From Octopus sinensis (lineage: Eukaryota): 6,090 bases of DNA. Location: assembly GCF_006345805.1 (NCBI RefSeq), contig NW_021829521.1:1-6090 (forward strand), given 5' to 3'. Made by a program: the position numbers and the translations under genes. Of the stretch, positions 1 through 5,324 are shown one piece after another. Position 1 is the first letter of the stretch. Every line of letters begins with the position of its first letter. The notes beneath the pieces are model-generated. The model saw nothing but the letters and a program-made list of their open reading frames with translations. It made no database searches and was not told the origin of the DNA.

Positions 1-35
1 GTGTAAATCCATACAATTATTGATTAATTAATTAA

Positions 36-356
36 TTAACTAAATAAAAGTTTTGCCCTCAGCCATTCTGATAAGACCTTAAAGTTATTATAGTAGATTA
101 TTTCAAGAGTTTCCAGAATATGTCTCCTGCGGTAGATGTGGAGTTGTATAATATCAGAGTTATTAACATCAAATATTTCCCTATCAAGATGGAGTATTTT
201 GACAACAAACATATCAGATGACTTCATTTGAATTCGTATAAGCTCACCAGTACCACAATCAGTAGCAGGTAAAAAAATCATTAGGTTTAACTGCATACCA
301 GTGCACTGAGCGGAGAGAAGGAAAGTTATTAATTTGTATTTACTATCTTTGTTCGT
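36..356 (-). other. Stop-free frame of 106 codons (extends track ORF 36..296); possible coding exon, product unrecognised
   Basis: Frame is open from the TAG at 359-357 to the TAA at 38-36 (TNKDSKYKLITFLLSAQCTGMQLNLMIF...SEWLRAKLLFS). The other two minus frames have many stops. A pyrimidine-rich acceptor-like site (ttccttctctccgctcag|) ends at 306. No recognisable domain. Confidence 0.25.
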
Positions 357-424
357 CTAAAACTCTTAAAGGCGATGCTTCAGAGTAGATCCAATCCAAT
401 GTTCGAAACAAGTAAAAAGGAAAA

Positions 425-660
425 GGTTAATTCTTCTATCCCTCTGCTTCTATCTCTTTCTCTTCTCTCCCCGCATAACCGGTGTTCGGCCAAGCCTGAC
501 CTTTCTTTCTCGATTCGACTACGATCCGTGCAACATCTATATTCCTCCCTGTACCTATGAAATCTTATGTCCCTGCCATAAAACTTTAATTCCACACACG
601 CCAGCTTAATTCAATTCGTCCTTAGTCGAAAGACACCTGTTGTTATGTCCTGTTATTTGC
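425..660 (+). mobile_element. Probable terminal/UTR fragment of an interspersed repeat (PLE-like family suspected)
   Basis: Pyrimidine-rich non-coding segment ending ...gtcgaaagacacctgttgttatgtcctgt directly at a (GT)n tract. Resembles octopus repeat termini as I recall them; not verifiable from the window. Confidence 0.3.
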
Positions 661-663
661 ATT

Positions 664-668
<5 letters not shown>

Positions 669-716
<48 letters not shown>
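669..716 (+). repeat. (GT)24 microsatellite
   Basis: Perfect dinucleotide run, read directly. Confidence 0.98.
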
Positions 717-718
<2 letters not shown>

Positions 719-788
719 TTGAAATTTACAGGAAAAACACAAGACGAAAACAGGTGTATGAACAACAAGTAGGTGTATTAGTTTGACG
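717..788 (-). mobile_element. Short terminal fragment of an interspersed repeat abutting the (GT)n tract
   Basis: Minus strand reads cgtcaaactaatacacctacttgttgttcatacacctgttttcgtcttgtgtttttcctgtaaatttcaact. It shares acacctgtt with 633-641 in inverted orientation. Family identity is from memory only. Confidence 0.3.
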
Positions 789-940
789 AGCTTCTTTCAG
801 TTTTCGTCTATTAAATCCACTCATAAGGCTTTGGTTGACCCGAAGCTATAGTAGAAGGCACTTCCCCAGGTGCCACGCATTGGGACTAAACCCGGAACCA
901 TATAGTTGGGAAGCAAACTTCTTACAACACAGCTACGCCA
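785..940 (-). mobile_element. tRNA-derived SINE, 5' head plus CORE-like region (octopus OR-type)
   Basis: Minus strand has an A-box-like TAGCTGTGTTG (935-925) and a B-box-like GGTTTAGTCCC (892-882). These are followed by gcgtggcacctggggaagtgccttctactatagcttcggg..., a CORE-SINE-like central region. The 3' half is absent. Confidence 0.8.
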
Positions 941-996
941 TATATATGTGTGTGCGTGTGTGTGTGTGTGTGTGTGGAAGAGAGAAAGAGAGAGAT
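941..996 (+). repeat. Compound (TA)/(TG)/(GA) microsatellite
   Basis: Read directly. Confidence 0.9.
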
Positions 997-1023
997 ACAG
1001 GGGTTCCCTCGCTAACAGTTGAA

Positions 1024-1119
1024 AGGCCTAAGGTTGCGGTAAAAGACTTTACTCCGTGGTGTAGCAACGAAACCGGAACCATGTCGTTAAAAACAGAATT
1101 TCGTAAACAAACATTCATG
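1024..1119 (-). mobile_element. Second, highly diverged SINE head fragment
   Basis: aaaccggaaccatgtcgtt (1070-1088) matches aacccggaaccatatagtt (889-907), and ggttgcggtaaaagac resembles agctatagtagaaggc of the 785-940 copy. Same orientation. Confidence 0.45.
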
Positions 1120-1450
1120 TCTGCGAAGATAATACATGATGAAGAAGTAATAGCCATGTCTATAATTAGATAAATTAGATGAAGGAAATGAGTGTAGAAG
1201 CGAGGGAATGAAGATATGCAGTGAAAGATAAACGTTAATGTGTTTGAGACAATCTTCCCTTTAATGTAATTTTAAAATATTTAATCAGTCTGGAATGTCT
1301 TCCTAAAAATAACACTTCATGACACGTTGAGACGCGTTTAGTCAAAGAAATTATTCTGAAACGTTGCGACTTAAGAATATATGTTAGTCAGAGTATTATG
1401 TTGTTTAATAGAATTCTTCAACAGAAACGCAGAAATGAGTGTGGTGGGGC

Positions 1451-1535
1451 ATGTATGTGTACATGTGTGTGTGCTTGTCTGTGTACATGTGTATGTGTGC
1501 ATGTGTGTGTATTTAATTCTATAATTATCTATCTA

Positions 1536-1582
<47 letters not shown>

Positions 1583-1599
1583 CATGCATGTATGTATGT
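1451..1599 (+). repeat. Compound imperfect (TG)/(TA)/(TGTA) microsatellite
   Basis: Read directly. Confidence 0.9.
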
Positions 1600-1710
1600 C
1601 CTCTTTCTTTTTTTAATTTAGAATTTTGACCGGCCACCTACTTGTTAGCAAGGTTGTGAAGAAGAGTATCTTGTTTTAACCATCGTCCTTTAAATCTTAA
1701 GAAAGTCTTT

Positions 1711-1760
1711 CTCTTTTACTTGTTTCAGTCATTTGACTGCGGCCATGCTGGAGTACCGCC
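1711..1760 (-). mobile_element. SINE 3' tail fragment (50 bp)
   Basis: Reverse complement ggcggtactccagcatggccgcagtcaaatgactgaaacaagtaaaagag matches 2153-2189 at 33/37. It contains the cagtc-N4-gactg stem-loop (1726-1739). Confidence 0.8.
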
Positions 1761-1926
1761 TGATGGGAAGATAAAATCTGGAAGACATCCTCTCACAGTT
1801 GGTAAGAATGTGAATGTGGTTGATGTCTTCGGTCTTGGTTTTGCACAGCCTATATTTGTTGTCTATCAACGTTTTCTGCCTCGTATGTTGTAGGTACTTG
1901 GTGGGGATTTCTTGTTCATGAATTGC
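1759..1926 (-). pseudogene. Non-LTR retrotransposon ORF fragment, C-terminal CCHC zinc-knuckle region of an RLE-type (R4/Dong-like) element
   Basis: 56 stop-free codons: AIHEQEIPTKYLQHTRQKTLIDNKYRLCKTKTEDINHIHILTNCERMSSRFYLPIR. This fits the A-x-Q-E-Q-x-I-x-T-K-Y...D-N-K-C-R-L-C-x5-E-D-I-x-H-I-x3-C pattern upstream of the RLE domain. The first Cys is mutated to Tyr and there is a 6-bp duplication (cacatt x2). Not listed in the ORF track. Confidence 0.7.

Positions 1927-2002
<76 letters not shown>
1927..2002 (+). repeat. (ATAG)19 microsatellite
   Basis: Perfect tetranucleotide run. Confidence 0.98.
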
Positions 2003-2004
<2 letters not shown>

Positions 2005-2010
2005 GAATAT

Positions 2011-2205
2011 GTATGTATTTGTCCCCCACCATCGCTTGGCACTGATGTTGGTGTGTTTACGTCCCGTAACTTAGCAGTTCGGCAAGAGAGACCGTTAGAA
2101 TAAGCGCTAGGCTTACAAAGAATAAGCCCTGGCTTCAATTTCTTCGACTGAAGGCGGTGTTCCAGCATGGCTGCAGTCAAATTACTGAATAAAGAATAAA
2201 AGAAT
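2011..2205 (+). mobile_element. SINE 3' half (body plus tail), 5'-truncated at a microsatellite
   Basis: tttgtcccccaccatcgcttg...cgtaacttagcagttcggc...ggcggtgttccagcatggctgcagtcaaattactgaa, ending in aaagaataaaagaat. The tail is homologous to 1711-1760 in the opposite orientation. Confidence 0.8.
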
Positions 2206-2237
2206 ACATATATGTATATAGAAAATATGAGAGAAAG

Positions 2238-2576
2238 AAAATGAAATTTACGAGATTCTTTATAATTCACTACGACTGTTTCGACCCATCGTTCATCGGT
2301 GCCTCGCGGGTGAGATGTTATAAAAATAGTTGTGATGCTTCGTTGGTGCGAATATGTCTTATCAGGTGGCTTGTCAAAAGTACCTCATTTTTTTAAATCC
2401 ATATTGTTGTAGTTGTAGTGTATTACTAGGCATCTTTCGACAAGTCACCTGATGACACACATCCACATCTACAATGCATTCCGGCTGTTTGTATAGCTTC
2501 TTACCCGTGAAGTACCGGTGCACGATGGGTCGAAATGACCGTAGTGAATAATAATGAATTTCGTGAATCCCATTTT
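2238..2576. repeat. Long inverted repeat: 143-bp arms (2238-2380 / 2434-2576) with a 53-bp spacer
   Basis: Ungapped hand alignment of the left arm against the reverse complement of the right arm gives 108/143 identical. Confidence 0.95.
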
Positions 2577-2585
2577 AATTTTTTG

Positions 2586-2689
2586 ATATATATATATATG
2601 TTTTGTCATATATATAATATATATATATATATATAATATATATAATATATATATATTATATATATATATACTAATACATATATATTATA
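2586..2689 (+). repeat. Imperfect (TA)n tract
   Basis: Read directly. Confidence 0.92.
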
Positions 2690-2691
2690 AC

Positions 2692-2796
2692 CTCTACTGG
2701 CACGAGGGGTTCTTAGAGTAAATCCGTTGGCATTCACCTCCATACTGTTGATCACATCAGGTAGCTGAATACTGTGAACGGGCTTTAAACGGCATA
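2692..2796 (-). other. GC-richer island: candidate exon or LINE ORF2 C-terminal remnant
   Basis: Acceptor tttgtag| precedes 2796. Only one minus frame is open (CRLKPVHSIQLPDVINSMEVNANGFTLRTPRASR). Possible donors are GAG|gtgaat (after 2738) or AG|gttata (after 2692). Confidence 0.3.
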
Positions 2797-2827
2797 CTAC
2801 AAAGTGTACCCGAATATAAAATTATTA

Positions 2828-2925
2828 CATATTTGTGTATATATGTGCATTTATATATAGATAGATAAACACACAAACACTCACACACACACACACACAC
2901 ACTCATATGTATAACATATACATAA
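2828..2925 (+). repeat. Mixed (TA)/(GATA)/(CA) microsatellite
   Basis: Read directly. Confidence 0.85.
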
Positions 2926-2933
2926 CAATCAAA

Positions 2934-3014
2934 CAAAAAACTGAAGACGATGTTGTTACATAACTTTATTTAAGCTTACGATCGTTTCAAATGATTAAAA
3001 GAATTATTTGATCA
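2934..3014 (-). mobile_element. PLE-terminus-like fragment with a degenerate minimal hammerhead-like motif
   Basis: Minus strand reads TGATCA (3014-3009) ... GAAAC-gatc-GTA (2988-2977, palindromic ACGATCGT), AATAAA (2970-2965), a T-run (2940-2935), then microsatellite. Helices I and II are not convincingly formed. Confidence 0.35.
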
Positions 3015-3026
3015 CTATACATATTG

Positions 3027-3061
3027 ATTTGCACATATAAAATTTGCACATATAAAATTTG
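3027..3061 (+). repeat. 15-bp tandem duplication (atttgcacatataaa x2.3)
   Basis: Copies at 3027-3041 and 3042-3056, partial at 3057-3061. Confidence 0.9.
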
Positions 3062-3072
3062 TGTAAACCTTA

Positions 3073-3421
3073 AAAGTGGGTTATAATAATTTTGTAGAGG
3101 TAGCCTTCAAAGTGAGATATAATAATCTTGTACAGGTAGCCTTCAAAGTGGGATATAATAATTTTGTAGAGGTAGCCTTCAAAGTGGGGAATAATAATTT
3201 TGTAGAGGTAGCCTTCGAAGTGAGATATAATAATTTTGTAGAGGTAGCCTTCAAAGTGAGATATAATAATTTTGTAGGGGTAGCTTTCAAAGTGGGATAT
3301 AATAATTTTGTAGAGGTAGCCTTCAAAGTGGGATATAATAATTTTGTAGAGGTAGCCTTCAAAGTGGGATATGATAATTTTGTAGAGGTAGCCTCTTCAA
3401 AGTGAGATATAATCATTTTGT
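3073..3421 (+). repeat. 36-bp minisatellite, about 9.6 copies (aaagtgggatataataattttgtagaggtagccttc)
   Basis: Contiguous units start at 3073, 3109, 3145, 3181, 3217, 3253, 3289, 3325, 3361 (2-nt insertion) and 3399 (partial). No spacers. Confidence 0.97.
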
Positions 3422-3678
3422 TGGTATTACACGCCAAGCTCTTCACATGATCAATCCATTCTATGGTTCATGTTTTTCGTGCCAAGTACCCGCTATACTA
3501 TATTTTCAGTGAACTGCTAAGTTTTCTTTTTTTTTTGTTCTCATAAACAAATTTTACCAATTCTTCTTGTATCAGCACTTATTTCATAACACTCCTTGAG
3601 TTCATTAGCCATCCTAATTATGTTATTGATTTCACGGTAGCAAGCTTGGGCTGGATAGTTACTGGTCTCTTGCCTATC
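3422..3678 (-). pseudogene. Degraded coding-like segment: possible CR1/L2/Jockey-type RT remnant (post-YADD region), or an exon at 3678-3558
   Basis: Reads DRQETSNYPAQACYREINNIIRMANELKECYEISADTRRIGK, then, across a poly-A frameshift and stops, YSGYL...TIEWIDHVKSLACNTNKMII. This loosely follows LINE RT patterns (DLxxLxxWAxxWxMxFNxxK...LG...LxWxxHIxxIxxKAxKML). 3678-3558 also has canonical AG/GT ends. Confidence 0.35.
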
Positions 3679-3685
3679 CTGCAGA

Positions 3686-3770
3686 TGTAATGTAATATAA
3701 TGTAATGTAATGTATGTATGTATGTATGTATGTATGTATGTATGTATGTATGTATGTATGTATGTATGTA
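3686..3770 (+). repeat. (TGTAA)5 grading into (TGTA)15
   Basis: Read directly. Confidence 0.95.
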
Positions 3771-4100
3771 GATAAATTTTTACAAAGAAAAGGTTGACAG
3801 TGATTTTGACGTCTCAGCTTCTCAGCAGCCTTCACTGTGTTGTCAACCGATAAATTGTCAGCTTTTTATCCGTAAAAAGCAATGGATATGTATTCTGTTA
3901 AAAAATACTGAACAATCCGTCTGTTTATTATTAAACTGTTTTCGTGTGTGTGAACGGCCGTATATACTTAGTGGATATGATTATTGTTTATACACCGAAT
4001 TTGCTGCGTAATAGCGTCTAAGGAAAGCTCCCTACACGACACCGAGCGTTAAAGAACACCGAATGTCACAGACCAGGCAAGACAACTCCCCTCGAATGAC

Positions 4101-4314
4101 AAGAGTGGTAGATACCGATATTTCACCATTATTGCGGCTTATCAATACCATGTACTTGGATCATCTCGAAACGAAGTGAATTGGTTTTCTGTTACTTATA
4201 TGCAAACTGACTTCCCCCTATTTGCATATAAGTCAGAGAACGCGATTCACTTCGTTTTGAGATTTGGTATTGATAAGCCGCAGTAATTGCGAAATATTGG
4301 TATCTACCATTCTT
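4101..4314. repeat. Long palindromic fold-back (hairpin or MITE-like), 14-nt loop
   Basis: 4101-4150 pairs with 4265-4314 (45/50 identical). 4163-4206 pairs with 4221-4263 (3 mismatches, 2 small bulges). There is an asymmetric 12/1-nt bulge at 4151-4162 and the loop is 4207-4220. No TSD seen. Confidence 0.95.
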
Positions 4315-4658
4315 ATCGAAATTTTCTGTATTTTCAATGTGGAACAAAGTGTGTAAAGGAGAAGCGGTAAAAAGATGAAGTAAGTCTTGAAGAGTGGCTG
4401 CCCATCTTACTCCGTAGAGAAAATCTGGGTGTCAAGGTTTCGAACTGGTCATTTCTAGGTCACTGATGAACCCTGCTCAGCACGCCCAACTTCCGCGGCC
4501 ACAGAGAACAAAGCCGAGACTGTGTACGTCAGGGTTCTCGAGGAAGGGCTGCTACAATAAGTGTGAGAATATGTTGAATAAAATCATAATTAACTGATAT
4601 TCCCTTATTTTTTCACCCACAGAGCCAAGAATTTTCAAATTTTCAACGCCCTCTCATG

Positions 4659-4710
<52 letters not shown>

Positions 4711-4717
4711 ACATAAT

Positions 4718-4801
<84 letters not shown>

Positions 4802-4844
4802 TATATACATCATACATATATATATTATAATATATATGCATATA
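4659..4844 (+). repeat. Long imperfect (TA)n microsatellite
   Basis: Read directly. Confidence 0.95.
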
Positions 4845-4975
4845 CTACTGACTGCACTGTAATCATCCCTGGAATTCGGACCGGATTATGATCTTAAGAA
4901 ACATGTAATTTGTGGAAACGCTCGTAGCGATGCATTAAAACATTTATAAACTCCAGCCAAGGATCCTTTTTTATT

Positions 4976-5322
4976 ATATGCGTGTACGCGGGCGTAGTTT
5001 TATATGTGTACATGCATACATATGTGTACATGTGTGTATATGTGTATGTATATGTGTGTATATGTTTACTTATATGTATACGCAAGTGTACTAACATATG
5101 TGTGTATGTGTCAAACTTTGCACAGACCTCTGTATCTTGCTTTACGTACGAATATATGCACATATTTAGCTATCCTATGCACGTATATTTATGTATATAT
5201 ACGCTTGTGTACCTGCATATATGAGTTCCTATGCATATATATGTATGTATTCGTTCATACGTGCGAGTATGCGCGTGTATCTAGTTGTATGTATATACCC
5301 ATATACTTGGACGTGCGTGTGT
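4976..5322 (+). repeat. Degenerate alternating purine-pyrimidine low-complexity tract
   Basis: Mixed TA/TG/CA/CG steps, with unbroken Y-R alternation over 5001-5065. Confidence 0.85.
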
Positions 5323-5324
5323 GA

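Noticed and set aside
404-414. GAAAC-aa-GTA and similar short matches (also 4898-4907 and aacggccgta near 3954-3963) as further ribozyme ends
   Set aside because: Spacing is wrong or GAAA is incomplete, and there is no upstream core.
882-940. tRNA gene
   Set aside because: A/B-box-like motifs are present, but there is no complete cloverleaf and it continues into SINE body sequence.
2449-2947. Canonical hammerheads from CTGATGA (2449-2455) and CTGAAGA (2941-2947)
   Set aside because: Neither has a helix II closing onto a correctly placed GAAA on the same strand.
3073-3421. CRISPR array (36-bp repeats)
   Set aside because: Units are contiguous with no unique spacers, the context is eukaryotic, and no cas genes are present.
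3794-3848. Short hairpin ggttgacagtga / tcactg...tgtcaacc
   Set aside because: Only about 12 bp with a 5-nt bulge, which is within chance expectation.
4411-4551. Selenoprotein exon (two in-frame TGA)
   Set aside because: All three frames contain two stops, so the TGA-only frame is unremarkable. No SECIS or homology support is visible. Kept only as a test in the findings.
4463-4553. HDV-like ribozyme, canonical hammerhead, twister or C/D snoRNA
   Set aside because: CTGATGA (4463-4469) plus a stem is followed by TCTC, not GAAA. An HDV-like P1 and P3 can be drawn, but L3, P1.1, P4 and the catalytic C do not fit. The twister pseudoknot strand is missing, and there is no terminal stem with a D box.
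375-5324. Track ORFs 375..560, 380..595, 835..1173, 933..1157, 1398..1616, 1866..2270, 4635..4841, 4894..5163, 4982..5224 and 5004..5324 as genes
   Set aside because: Most are held open by microsatellites or SINE sequence (VCVC, IYIY, YLSI translations). The 375/380 pair are short overlapping frames across a CT/AG-rich stretch. None shows a domain.
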